This document shows positions 29,498 through 39,564 of a stretch of DNA of 64,000 nucleotides, in pieces (positions within the stretch are counted from its first letter, which is position 1; the number at the start of each line of letters is the position of its first letter). The translations under genes and the position numbers were made by a program. The notes beneath the pieces are model-generated. The model was not told the DNA's origin, made no database searches, and saw only the letters and a program-made list of their open reading frames with translations. Source of the DNA: Promethearchaeota archaeon (lineage in GTDB: Archaea > Asgardarchaeota > Heimdallarchaeia > Hodarchaeales > Hodarchaeaceae); contig JBHLMN010000008.1 in NCBI GenBank assembly GCA_048938105.1, positions 174,138-238,137 of the forward strand. Reading direction: 5' to 3'.

Positions 29498-30385
29498 TTA
29501 TCCTCCTGTGAGTTTATCTATAATAATACGAAGCAATTGTATGTGGGTTGGTCCAGTACCACAACATCCTCCAACAATCTGCCCATCGTGTTTGAGGATT
29601 TGTTCAAGGTCATTAACAAACTCCTGAGGAGTTTGTTTATATACTGATTTTCCATTTTCCAGTTGTGGATTTCCCGCGTTTGGTTTAATTGAGAGAGGAT
29701 ATTTTGGTGCTACAGTTCTCATGACTTGTATCAGTTCTCCGAAATCGTTACTACTTAGAGTACAATTCGATCCAATAACTGCTACTCCAGTCTCGATCAG
29801 TTCAGAAACACAGTCAACTAAAGAATTCCCCATAACTGTAAAGTATCCTTTAGGAGTCTTTTTATAAGTCATACTAGCAATGATAGGCTTATTTGATTCA
29901 ATTTGAACAGCTAGAATTGCTGCTTTCATTTCTTGTATATCAGAGAAAGTTTCAATGTGCCAAGCGTCAATGAAGGGTGAAAGAGCACGTGCTTGCTTTT
30001 GAAAGCCCTGTTTTAAATCATTAATAGATGCCTTACCTACAGGTGGGAGGAATTCTCCACTAGGTCCAATATCACCTATCACGCATTTATTTGGAGGGCA
30101 TACACTCCTTAATATTTCCCCAGAGCTCTTGTTAATATCTTCAAGAAGGTTCTGAATACCATACTTTTCAAGAGCAACACCATTTGCTCTGAAAGTGGCA
30201 GTTTGAACTAAATCACTCCCAGCGTTGTAATATCGTTCAAAAACCTCCCTGATGACCTCAGGACGATCTATGTTCCATTTATCAGGAGCTTCCCCAGGTT
30301 TTAAACCCCTACTCATTAGTTCAGTCCCCATTGCCCCATCAAATAATAAAATCTTCTTTTCCTTTAAGAGAGAGAGTAAGTCCAT
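29498..30385 (-). CDS. Stand-alone homocysteine S-methyltransferase domain (MetH Hcy-binding module)
   Basis: DGAMGTEL, GDIGPSG, GSNC, KPNAG.P, GGCCGTGP (three Zn-binding Cys). Confidence 0.9.
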   Translation of the reverse strand: MDLLSLLKEKKILLFDGAMGTELMSRGLKPGEAPDKWNIDRPEVIREVFERYYNAGSDLVQTATFRANGVALEKYGIQNLLEDINKSSGEILRSVCPPNKCVIGDIGPSGEFLPPVGKASINDLKQGFQKQARALSPFIDAWHIETFSDIQEMKAAILAVQIESNKPIIASMTYKKTPKGYFTVMGNSLVDCVSELIETGVAVIGSNCTLSSNDFGELIQVMRTVAPKYPLSIKPNAGNPQLENGKSVYKQTPQEFVNDLEQILKHDGQIVGGCCGTGPTHIQLLRIIIDKLTGG

Positions 30386-30413
30386 AAAACCTCATCCATT
30401 TATTTTCGTCGAT

Positions 30414-31070
30414 TTAAGAAAGACCAAGAAGTTGTTTCGCTTTAGTTACTGCAGCAACAGCATTTTCTGCAAAACCATCTGCTTTACATTCTTCTACCCA
30501 TTTTGAAGTAACAGGGGCGCCGCCAAGCATAACTTTGAATTTGTTTCTTATTCCCTTTTGTTCGAGTAATTCTATAACTTTCTTTTGACCTATCATGGTT
30601 GTTGTTAATAGAGCGGAAACTCCAATGAGATCAGCTTGATGTTTTTCTGCTTCAGTGATGATAACTTCAGCTTTGACGTCCGCACCCAAATCGATAACTT
30701 CAAATCCATTGGCTTTCAACATAGTAGCTACTATAGTTTTCCCTATAGTGTGGATGTCACCCTCGATAGTCGCCATCACAACCTTACCTTTTGTTTCTCT
30801 CGCTTCAGAATCTTCAAGATGAGGTGTTATAATGTCCACTGCTTCTTGCATTACTTGAGCTCCTCTCATGAGCTCAGGAAGAAAGAATTCACCTGCATCC
30901 CATAAGTCCCCAACCCTTTTAATCCCTACACCAAAACCCTTTTCGATTGCTTCGAGTAAAGGGAGTTGTTCATCTAAAGCTTTTTGAGCGAGGCTTTTTG
31001 CTTTCTCCATATCGAGTTCAACAACACTTGCTGCCATTTCTTCGTAGATTGAGTCCATAATAAGCACCAT
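30414..31070 (-). CDS. Corrinoid (B12-binding) methyl-carrier protein, MttC/MtgC-like
   Basis: Cap domain EFFLPEL; GDIHTIGK (DxHxxG), SALLTTT, GGAP. Confidence 0.92.
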   Translation of the reverse strand: MVLIMDSIYEEMAASVVELDMEKAKSLAQKALDEQLPLLEAIEKGFGVGIKRVGDLWDAGEFFLPELMRGAQVMQEAVDIITPHLEDSEARETKGKVVMATIEGDIHTIGKTIVATMLKANGFEVIDLGADVKAEVIITEAEKHQADLIGVSALLTTTMIGQKKVIELLEQKGIRNKFKVMLGGAPVTSKWVEECKADGFAENAVAAVTKAKQLLGLS

Positions 31071-31220
31071 TTAACTCAGTGATCAGAAATATCATTGATT
31101 TTTAAATTTAGTAGCAAAAGAATCGTTAATATTAGTTATCTATTTAAGTTTTCAAAATCTTTCTTTGGAGTAAAAAATGTGGAAAATCAGGTTTAGCGAA
31201 CAAAATTAAATACTGATTAT

Positions 31221-32639
31221 TTATTGTAATCCTTTCTTGAATTCTTCCATTTGGATGACTCTATTAGTTATTCGCGCTTCTTCTGCCACAAACGCCATTA
31301 AATGACTTTCTAGTGAAGCTTTGGCGCTCGTTAGGGGTTTTTCATGACCAAGGCGTAAAGAATCAAGAAACGCTTTTATCAATCCAGGATCTCCACCACC
31401 ATGCCCGCTTTCAGTATCAAATCGCATTTTTTGATCAATAATGATTTCTTCAGTCTCTTTAAAATGATCATAAAAAACTAATTTTTCTCCTGTGGAAAGA
31501 AACTCTCCGATTAGAGAGCCTTTTGTACCATCAATGCGAATTGTGCGGCCTTCTATATGTGAATGTCCATGCATTGTAAAAGTAGCAGTTGTGTTGTTTT
31601 CAAATTCAATAATAGTTACTTGATGATCTACAACGTCGTTATTAGCAAAATAAACACATTTCCCATAAGGACCTGTTCGCAAAGCTTCCCATTTTCCCTC
31701 TAAAGATAAATTTTCTGTAATGGTAGAAACTGGCCATCCTCGATATTCATAAACTTGTCGAAAGCGAGGAGCGTTCTTTAATTTTGTAAAGAGATGGGGA
31801 TAGTTCAGGGCTATGTTTCCTATAAACTTTGGGAGGCCTGAACCTCCGATTTGTACAATACGAAGTAGAGGAATAATATCAATATATATCCGTGGGGCAT
31901 AATATTTACAGGAGTCAGCTATTGGACACCCATCTAAACATCGTTTCGTTGCCCCTTCAGGGGCTTTTTCTGGTTTAAAATGTGTTAGGCTGCCAAATGA
32001 GCTTATAGATCGTGGTGGGTAACTTACAAGCCAATAAAGAATGTCTAAATCATGACATGATTTTGCTAGAATCATTGGACTCGAAATACTTTCTTTAGCC
32101 CAGTTTCCCCTAACAAAAGAATGGGCCATATGCCAGTAAGAGACGTTTTCTCTGAGATCAATTGTTATAATATCCCCTAATCGGCCTGATCGAATGGTTT
32201 CATGGATTTTAGTAAAAAAAGGAGTATACCGTAACACCTGAGCGATTATTAATTGTTGTCCTGTCTCCTCAGCCTTTTTCACTAAGAGGATGCATTCGGT
32301 AATAGTGGTGGCCATTGGTTTTTCTAGTAACACATGATAACCAAGGTTTAATGATTGTAATGCAGGTTTAGTATGCATCTGGTCTTGTGTACAGATAAAA
32401 GCTGCATCAGCTAGTTTGGAATCACTTAATAAATCCTCCCAAGTTTTAAATTGATATGAAGAAGGAATTTTATGGGCTTGAGCAAATTGTTTTCGTCGGA
32501 TTGGGTGGGGTTCTGCGACTGCAACAATCTGGAGTTCTTCAGGATGATTTAACGCATATTGCCCATAAACTGATGTACCACGATTCCCAGCACCTACTAT
32601 CACGGCATTTATGCACTCTTTTTCATGCAACACTTTCAC
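31221..32639 (-). CDS. Gfo/Idh/MocA family oxidoreductase
   Basis: GAGNRG, LEKP, AKSCHDLD, GHGGGD. Confidence 0.88.
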   Translation of the reverse strand: MKVLHEKECINAVIVGAGNRGTSVYGQYALNHPEELQIVAVAEPHPIRRKQFAQAHKIPSSYQFKTWEDLLSDSKLADAAFICTQDQMHTKPALQSLNLGYHVLLEKPMATTITECILLVKKAEETGQQLIIAQVLRYTPFFTKIHETIRSGRLGDIITIDLRENVSYWHMAHSFVRGNWAKESISSPMILAKSCHDLDILYWLVSYPPRSISSFGSLTHFKPEKAPEGATKRCLDGCPIADSCKYYAPRIYIDIIPLLRIVQIGGSGLPKFIGNIALNYPHLFTKLKNAPRFRQVYEYRGWPVSTITENLSLEGKWEALRTGPYGKCVYFANNDVVDHQVTIIEFENNTTATFTMHGHSHIEGRTIRIDGTKGSLIGEFLSTGEKLVFYDHFKETEEIIIDQKMRFDTESGHGGGDPGLIKAFLDSLRLGHEKPLTSAKASLESHLMAFVAEEARITNRVIQMEEFKKGLQ

Positions 32640-32751
32640 AATCTTTTATAATGCTAGAGAGTCAATACTCTCCCCTTTCTTAGAACTTTATTTAGATTAT
32701 CCTCAAGATTATAATTGTACTATTGGTATATGATTAGAAATAGAAGTGAAA

Positions 32752-33642
32752 TCAAGGAATTCTTCTTAAATAAGTTCTAACAATTATTAGGAGGATAAAT
32801 CCGAAAAATATCATGAACAAATCAAAGCCAGGGGTAGTTTTACCTAGAATTTTATCTAAATCAGTTCTTTCCAACTCTAGATTTAAAGCAAACTCTGCAT
32901 TATGAGATTGTTTGTAACTTCCTTCCATAGATGTAATTATTTCATATGTGAGAAGTACTCCTGTGTCTTTCTCCCAACGAAAACTTGCACTAAAGTCAAA
33001 TTGAAGACTAATTTCCTCTTCTATATTTGTCATGTTCCCTTCATAACGGATCCACATGTGATAATCGTGCTCATTATCTGCGTCATCTAGTTTTAGAATT
33101 GTTTCCATTCCTTCTAATGCTCCTGGGAGAGTAGATTGGTTCCAGATTTGTAAAGGAGAAGACAATAATTTGTCTACAGGTACTAGAAAAACCCAATCAC
33201 CGATAGTGACTCCTGAATTACTGAGTAAGAATTCATATCCAGTGCCTAGGACTCCACGACCTAATGATTCTTGGATTCCATATTCAAATAGTGTTTCTGA
33301 ACTATTAGCTATCACTGAAGTATTCCCCCAGCTGAGCTGGTAGGTTGTTATTTCCAGATTTGTTTTATTAGTAGAAAGAACTGTCATAATTATTTTTTCT
33401 TTTTCAGGAACTAAGTCATCCCCTAAGCGATAACCTTCTGTCGAAGATATAACATCAAATAATCCAGTAGAATATTTGAAATATCGAGATGCTTTTTTTA
33501 CGATGAAAGTCCAAGAATCGTCTGGTTTAACTCCAAATGAATGATTGGAGGCGCTAGAATAAATGAATACCGTACTTAGTAAAATCAAGGAAAAGAGAAT
33601 GCTAGAGACAACCCAATAAAAACGTTTAGATTTCGATCTCAC
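32752..33642 (-). CDS. Surface protein with signal peptide and PGF-type C-terminal anchor
   Basis: N-terminal TM segment; beta-rich body ending WEKDTGVLL; TTPGF + TM + RR tail. Confidence 0.7.
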   Translation of the reverse strand: MRSKSKRFYWVVSSILFSLILLSTVFIYSSASNHSFGVKPDDSWTFIVKKASRYFKYSTGLFDVISSTEGYRLGDDLVPEKEKIIMTVLSTNKTNLEITTYQLSWGNTSVIANSSETLFEYGIQESLGRGVLGTGYEFLLSNSGVTIGDWVFLVPVDKLLSSPLQIWNQSTLPGALEGMETILKLDDADNEHDYHMWIRYEGNMTNIEEEISLQFDFSASFRWEKDTGVLLTYEIITSMEGSYKQSHNAEFALNLELERTDLDKILGKTTPGFDLFMIFFGFILLIIVRTYLRRIP

Positions 33643-33876
33643 CTTAATCGAGATACATCCTGATTGGCCTAACTTATATAATTTTAGAAGAAGGAAGTAG
33701 TTTTATCTTCCATAAATCAATTTATATTTCTTCTGATTGTAGAAGACAAAGAATTCAACATAATTAAGGGAAATGATGGTGAATCCTATTTATTATTATT
33801 TATTGTCATATTTTGCTCCGAATACTGTGATTTAAAGATAAAATGTTTAAATCTTATATTATTAGCTTTTTTTATA

Positions 33877-34332
33877 CTAAGAAGCAGGTTCTATCTTGAT
33901 TTCATAATTAACCGCTGGTTTTATATGTTTTCCAATAATACAATACTTTGGAATCAAATCACAAACCCTTTGCAGAAGAAATACATCTCCACTAATATTG
34001 ATCTTACATTTGATTGTAGAAAATTCATAGTCATTTTTTGATGTATTAAACAGAATTTCGGCTGAGGTGGTGACCTTGAGGGTTTCAGGTTCAGTACGGA
34101 GGCTATCACATAATTGGAGTATTGTACTCAACGTACACGTAGCAACAGCAGCTAGAAACAAATCCTCAGGTGAGGGATGATTGGTACCTCCAAAAACTGG
34201 AGGGCAGCTGAAAGGTAAAGGCTCTTTCCATTCTGTTGTGATAAAAGATCCCTTTCTCTTCTCCTCCCAGGTAGCAACGGTCTTTATGACAAAACTCTTA
34301 GCTTCAGGTTTAATCATGGTTAAAATTTCCAT
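33877..34332 (-). CDS. OsmC/Ohr-like protein
   Basis: PPVFGG, SPEDLFLAAVATC, second Cys in PKYC. Confidence 0.8.
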   Translation of the reverse strand: MEILTMIKPEAKSFVIKTVATWEEKRKGSFITTEWKEPLPFSCPPVFGGTNHPSPEDLFLAAVATCTLSTILQLCDSLRTEPETLKVTTSAEILFNTSKNDYEFSTIKCKINISGDVFLLQRVCDLIPKYCIIGKHIKPAVNYEIKIEPAS

Positions 34333-34468
34333 TTAATTTCTGATTAATTGCCTTGAGGGTTATTGACACATTTATCTTAGGATTTATGTTTTTAGAGTGT
34401 TTTGTTAATTTACTACCTCAAGATTAAAAAGATAGTTAAATAATAGAAAAAAAATGGAATGAGTTAAT

Positions 34469-35284
34469 ATGGAAGAAATGCCAATTAATTCAATCATAAA
34501 CGAAGATTGTCTGATATTCATACCAAAATACATACCTGATGAATCCATTGATATTATTATTACAGATCCTCCGTATGGTATATCATCTGGCAATAAGCTG
34601 TCAATGAAAAATATCAAGAAGCAACAGGGCTTTGGCGGGGATTGGAATATAATGAATGAAGACTGGGATACGTTTTCGTTTCGTGATTATTCTATCTTAA
34701 TTGAGAAAATGTTGAAAGAAAGCTATAGGGTTCTAAAACCAACAGGAACAATATTTGTGTGTGGGACCTATCACAATATTGGAATAATTAATTACTATGC
34801 TCTTCAAACTAATTTTAATATCATAAACGAGATTATCTGGTTTAAACGAAATGCTTTTCCTAATTTGTCACAGAAATGCCTTACAGCCTCTCATGAGAAT
34901 ATTTTGTGGTTAGGTAAATCCGATTCTTGGAATTATAATTATGAGACCATAAAACAGACAAGTTACCCTTTTGATAAATTAAAAGAACCAAAGAAACAGA
35001 TGAGATCTGTTTGGGATATTCCTAATAATAAAGAGAAGGACGAATTAGCTTATCGGAAAGCGTTTCCTGACAAATCATATTGGATAATGTCTCAAAAACC
35101 TCTTCGACTTGTTGATCGATGCCTTGAAATCACTGCTAAACCAGGAGATATTGTGGCTGATTGGTTTAGTGGTGCAGGAACCACCTTACTGTCTACTTTG
35201 AATCATTCGTTATCATTTATTGGTTGTGAAATCAACCCAAATTATGTTGAAGTGATTCGTTGGCGTCTAGACCAGTTAAAGTAA
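34469..35284 (+). CDS. Beta-class DNA methyltransferase (probably N6-adenine), orphan
   Basis: TDPPY near the N-terminus, QKP, FSGAGTT..IGCE near the C-terminus. Confidence 0.88.
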   Translation: MEEMPINSIINEDCLIFIPKYIPDESIDIIITDPPYGISSGNKLSMKNIKKQQGFGGDWNIMNEDWDTFSFRDYSILIEKMLKESYRVLKPTGTIFVCGTYHNIGIINYYALQTNFNIINEIIWFKRNAFPNLSQKCLTASHENILWLGKSDSWNYNYETIKQTSYPFDKLKEPKKQMRSVWDIPNNKEKDELAYRKAFPDKSYWIMSQKPLRLVDRCLEITAKPGDIVADWFSGAGTTLLSTLNHSLSFIGCEINPNYVEVIRWRLDQLK

Positions 35285-36367
35285 ATCAGAGGGATCTACT
35301 TGCCTAGATATGGCTTTCTGAGTCATCCAATCTCTGATATTTTCTGGTGGTTCTGGTTCTAGTGGATCCCGTCTAACCAGATTCAGAGCTTCTTCTGGGC
35401 ATGAAATGGCACAAACACCACAACCAACACACCTTTGGAGATCAACTTCACAAATCTCTTCTGGTACATTTAAAGCATTAAATTGACATCTATCAACACA
35501 AGTACCACACCCTGTACACAACTCCTCATCCACATTCATTATAAAATTTGATTTGATAAATGCTCTAGGTCGATTTAATTCTGTTAACCCTCTTAGGACT
35601 CCACAACAACATGTACAGCAATTACAAATATAATAATGCTCAGTTTGAACATTCATAGAGCAGTGAACAAGTCCAGCTTCCTCTGCTTCACTTAAGAGTT
35701 CTATTGCACGCTCTTTTGTAACAGGCTTAGAGAGTGATTCTTCAGTATAGGCGTTTTCTCTGCTTGAGAAAGTTAAACATACTGTTGTAGGATATTTACA
35801 TGGTTCACCAAGTAATGCTTTCTGTTTTTTGCATATACATTCTCTGATTCCCCAACTTTTAGCTTTATTGATTATTTCCTCAGCCTTTTCATAAGGAAAG
35901 ATTGTTAGTTCAGGTTTAATTACTCGATCCACTGGAATCACTCGAAATATTGGGGGTCCTTTATCAAATACCTCATTCATTTCTGTTGTTTGGTAATATT
36001 CTTCAAAGATTTGAGCAAGTTCCTTATCCATTCTGTTTAATTGCTCTTCATAAATCCCTACAATAAAAGGCATTAGAGCGAATTTTTTTTCCCCTACTTT
36101 CGTGTCTATAACACGTACCTGTCCCTTTTTTGCCATTGATTCAAGCTTGTCAGCTAAACTTTTTATGGGAAGATTTAATCGTGAAGAAAGATCCTCAACA
36201 GTCGCTCCTGTTAATTTCATCTTACTAACGAGATCAGCTTCGTCTTCAGTAAAAATCCACTTGAGGAGTTTAATATGTACACCTTTATCATTTGAAGGAA
36301 AACCATTTGGTATAGTGTTCAGAGTTTCTGCGAGTTTTTCGTATGGATTTAATGTCGTGTTCGTCAT
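35276..36367 (-). CDS. 4Fe-4S dicluster-binding protein with N-terminal HTH-like domain
   Basis: CIC...C...C, CNCCTCCC, two CxxCxxCxxxC motifs. Confidence 0.85.
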   Translation of the reverse strand: MTNTTLNPYEKLAETLNTIPNGFPSNDKGVHIKLLKWIFTEDEADLVSKMKLTGATVEDLSSRLNLPIKSLADKLESMAKKGQVRVIDTKVGEKKFALMPFIVGIYEEQLNRMDKELAQIFEEYYQTTEMNEVFDKGPPIFRVIPVDRVIKPELTIFPYEKAEEIINKAKSWGIRECICKKQKALLGEPCKYPTTVCLTFSSRENAYTEESLSKPVTKERAIELLSEAEEAGLVHCSMNVQTEHYYICNCCTCCCGVLRGLTELNRPRAFIKSNFIMNVDEELCTGCGTCVDRCQFNALNVPEEICEVDLQRCVGCGVCAISCPEEALNLVRRDPLEPEPPENIRDWMTQKAISRQVDPSDLL

Positions 36368-36472
36368 TCTTGGCCCTCTATATCGTTAGTCACCATGATA
36401 AACTCTTAATTATAATTCTTTTTGCATTAAGATTAAAAGAAAAATAAAATAAATGAAAAAAGTAAGGAATAT

Positions 36473-37057
36473 TCATTTTTCACAAGGAAATAAGGCCGCA
36501 TTTTCTTCTAGCCAAGTCTCTATGTCATAATCTAATAAAATTTCTTCGTTATCAGGATTATTAAGAAAGGCTTGAACAGAGAGGAGTTCCTCATAATATT
36601 CGCTTGTCTTACGGATAATTTCGTCCAGATATTGTCTTTTTAGTTTTTTATTTGGAATATATATTGCTCTAGTCAAAAAAAATCTAAAAAAATTCAATAT
36701 TTCTATTCCTACTCTGAATTGTGTTGTTCGGTTCATCTTAGAGACTAAAGCAATAGGTTGATTATATGTCTGCTGCCACTTCCTAATTGCACGCCAAAGA
36801 AATCCTCTGATGACAAAGTCACTGAGCGGCATCATACTAGCAACTTCCTTCGCAATTTCATCAGCTATCTCTCTTTGATCAGGAGTAAGATAGATGATAT
36901 TGAGGTTCTCTTTCGCAAGGGATATCCTTTCTTCGAATGAAACAGGAGGCATTTGAAATTGTGAGAAAATATGCTTAATCTTTCTTGATGCAAGGAAGAG
37001 TTCTAGTGATTTCGTTTGAATTTTCCTAACTTCTTGCTGATATTTCTTCATACCCAA
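36473..37057 (-). CDS. Hypothetical protein (helical, acidic C-terminus)
   Basis: 194-aa ORF with GAGAGG SD before TTG; no recognised motif. Confidence 0.6.
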   Translation of the reverse strand: MGMKKYQQEVRKIQTKSLELFLASRKIKHIFSQFQMPPVSFEERISLAKENLNIIYLTPDQREIADEIAKEVASMMPLSDFVIRGFLWRAIRKWQQTYNQPIALVSKMNRTTQFRVGIEILNFFRFFLTRAIYIPNKKLKRQYLDEIIRKTSEYYEELLSVQAFLNNPDNEEILLDYDIETWLEENAALFPCEK

Positions 37058-37462
37058 GTGTATTGCCTCTCTAAAAGAATCTCTAATTTATCTAAATTTG
37101 AATCTGTCCTATGATTAAGAGAAGTATCCCAGCATTATAATCTACAATTGTGGATGATTGTTAAAAGGTTATCTGTTATCATTTCTCCTCCTAAGGAGCT
37201 TTCTAATAAAATATTACTTTCATATTATATTAATGTCATTTTCTACTTAGTTTTTTACCATTCTTTTTATTCCTTCAGCGATATGATCTTAAAGTATATC
37301 TCAAATCTCAACTTTTACATATTTCCAAGGAGTAACTTGACATTTTCATCTTTATGAAATCAAATGATTTTTAAGTACCCCTAAGATGTGCTTAAAGAGT
37401 CGATAGAGGCTCAAATCTCTCTTTTAACCTAAGAGTTATCCTTCATGAAAATCATAATAATC

Positions 37463-37830
37463 CTATTGAACGCTCTCCATTCCCAGATTAAAGATAATTT
37501 CACGCATAAGAAAGGGAAGTAATCCACTTAAAAGATATACAAAGGTGAGAGGGACGTAGAGAAGTATGATAAAGGTTTTCCAATCTAAAAATGGCCAAGA
37601 TATCGAAATAAAGGCCAGAGTAAGGAAAAAAACCAATTCAATTATCACACAAAAAAAAAGAAATCATCAATAAATTCTTGGGCCAGTTATAAATCATCAT
37701 CTTCTTTGAACTACTGATTTTCATTTATTGATTAGTTTGAAATTTATTAGCAAGGAATGCAAAAACAAAATAATAAATCAATTCAAAGTGACCATCTAAA
37801 GTTCCGATGATTTTCGGTTCCAGTTTATTA
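37463..37830 (-). pseudogene. Decayed copy of the 3' half of the YdjM-like hydrolase gene at 39565..40371
   Basis: Translates to KIIGTLDGHFELIYY...TNQ then a stop (TAA at 37725-37727), a frameshift near the A-run at 37651-37659, then FFL.LAFISI.WPFLD...LLSGLLPFLMRE. A stretch of about 44 nt is identical to ~39600-39643. Confidence 0.85.
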
Positions 37831-37897
37831 TTCTCTAATTCTGCTAATAACGATTTAAATCTTGTTAACACCAGGTTGCTTCCTCTAGAGGAAATTT

Positions 37898-39193
37898 CTA
37901 ATCATAACAACCAACAGTATGACCAACAAGAATAGTTAAAATTGAGTTATTAACTGGAAGGTAGGCAATGATTTGAAAAAATTGCATATCAGAGCCAACA
38001 GTATTATCCATAGAAACGCTCTCTTGTACTAGATAAATCCTGTCTTCAACCCAACTCAATTCTGTTATTAGACCCATGTGTTCGTCTTCAAGTACATGAA
38101 GGCTATTGTTCCAATAACCATACTCGTACTGAAATTCATATTGAACAAGCTGAAGGATTTCGTCCCCTGAAAGGCCATTTTTTTTATAAGCGGTAATTTT
38201 AATGGAAGTTTCTGCTTTGTAGTCCGAGGATAAAATACTATTTATATAGGAGATCCTTTCTGATGCTCCAAGAAAATTGGGAGCTAGTTGGAATGATCCA
38301 AATCCAGAACATGTATCAATGATAATGCCTTGGATACCAGTGAAATATTTACTTATTTCAAGGTCAAGATAAGAATCAATTACTTCTTGGGGACCTTCAT
38401 ACTTGTATTGGATACTATTATTCATTAATCGTGGAGTAAGGAAAGCGAAAATAATAAGGAATGTGAAACAGCCTGTAAAGATAATCTCTGGATTTATTCT
38501 AATTGTACCAATAATATTCTGAATTTTATTCAACATGGCAGTTCCCATTTTATGAGTTGTTTCATTTATGACAAGTAAAAAGGATAACCAGAAAGATACA
38601 GCTACAATGAAGAATCCAGTGATAATGGTTGATTCTGTATAGAAACTGAAAATCATTACCATAACCATTAGAGATAGGAGAGGGCTCATTATCGGAAGCG
38701 CAGCTAGTATTCCAATTACAATGACTAATCTACGGAAAAGTCTATCTGGAGAAATTCTTTTTGTGATATCCAGGTTAAGAGAATCAATATAATTGATGAT
38801 CTGCTCATGAAAGAACTTCCAGGATATGATTATGACAAGTAAAATGATGACTAGCAATATTGAAAATATCAAAAAGAAGTTTCTCAAATCAGATCTAGCA
38901 ATCAGGCCATAAAGAATAGACATAGAGGCAACAAGTATCCAAGGAACCAAAAACCAACATATCAAAATAAAAAAGATGGGATTTTTAGTGTCTTTTCTAA
39001 AGTAGAGGAAACAAATGAAAATTCCTGAAAGTAATAGGGCGAAAAGATCCCAAATGGTTATTAATGAGATTAATGCCCAATTCTGAACAGGAAATATGAA
39101 GCTACTACGAAGAGCAAAGATTAAACCGATGAAAATGACATTAAATGGAATTTTTCGGATTTTAATTTTGGAATTTTCACTTATTGAAGACAC
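37898..39193 (-). CDS. Multi-pass membrane protein with C-terminal soluble domain, unknown function
   Basis: About 7 TM segments then a ~170-aa soluble domain; GGTGAGG SD before GTG. Confidence 0.7.
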   Translation of the reverse strand: MSSISENSKIKIRKIPFNVIFIGLIFALRSSFIFPVQNWALISLITIWDLFALLLSGIFICFLYFRKDTKNPIFFILICWFLVPWILVASMSILYGLIARSDLRNFFLIFSILLVIILLVIIISWKFFHEQIINYIDSLNLDITKRISPDRLFRRLVIVIGILAALPIMSPLLSLMVMVMIFSFYTESTIITGFFIVAVSFWLSFLLVINETTHKMGTAMLNKIQNIIGTIRINPEIIFTGCFTFLIIFAFLTPRLMNNSIQYKYEGPQEVIDSYLDLEISKYFTGIQGIIIDTCSGFGSFQLAPNFLGASERISYINSILSSDYKAETSIKITAYKKNGLSGDEILQLVQYEFQYEYGYWNNSLHVLEDEHMGLITELSWVEDRIYLVQESVSMDNTVGSDMQFFQIIAYLPVNNSILTILVGHTVGCYD

Positions 39194-39564
39194 TACTCCT
39201 CACCTGTCTTCTACTCATTGTGAGAATATTAATAATTAGGGAGTATTTCCTGTTTATTAATTTACCATATGTGGTGGAAATGGAAGCTTTATGTAGAACC
39301 TTTCGGTCTGTTGACGCAAATCTTATAGCTCTCTTTATTTCACACAGCTTGTAAAACTCAAACCTATCGAGGACGGTCTATTTTTCTATGTATTAATAAT
39401 ATATGGTTAAAGAGCCACTAAAAGCTCTAACCCTTCGTTCAAAGTATTAGTATTAGAATCCAAAAGTATTAATCATTTGTAATTGATTATTTGTTGGAAG
39501 AGAAGAGATGGGGGAAATAATTTTTCTCTCTTTTAGAATAGAAGTTATATTTCAAGAAATAGCG

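Noticed and set aside
37148-37357. 69-aa ORF
   Set aside because: AT-rich intergenic sequence with no SD or recognisable motif
39194-39564. Possible ncRNA or IS end (short GAAA-tetraloop stem near 39295-39310 on the minus strand)
   Set aside because: A single short stem, with no recognisable family, terminal repeats or transposase
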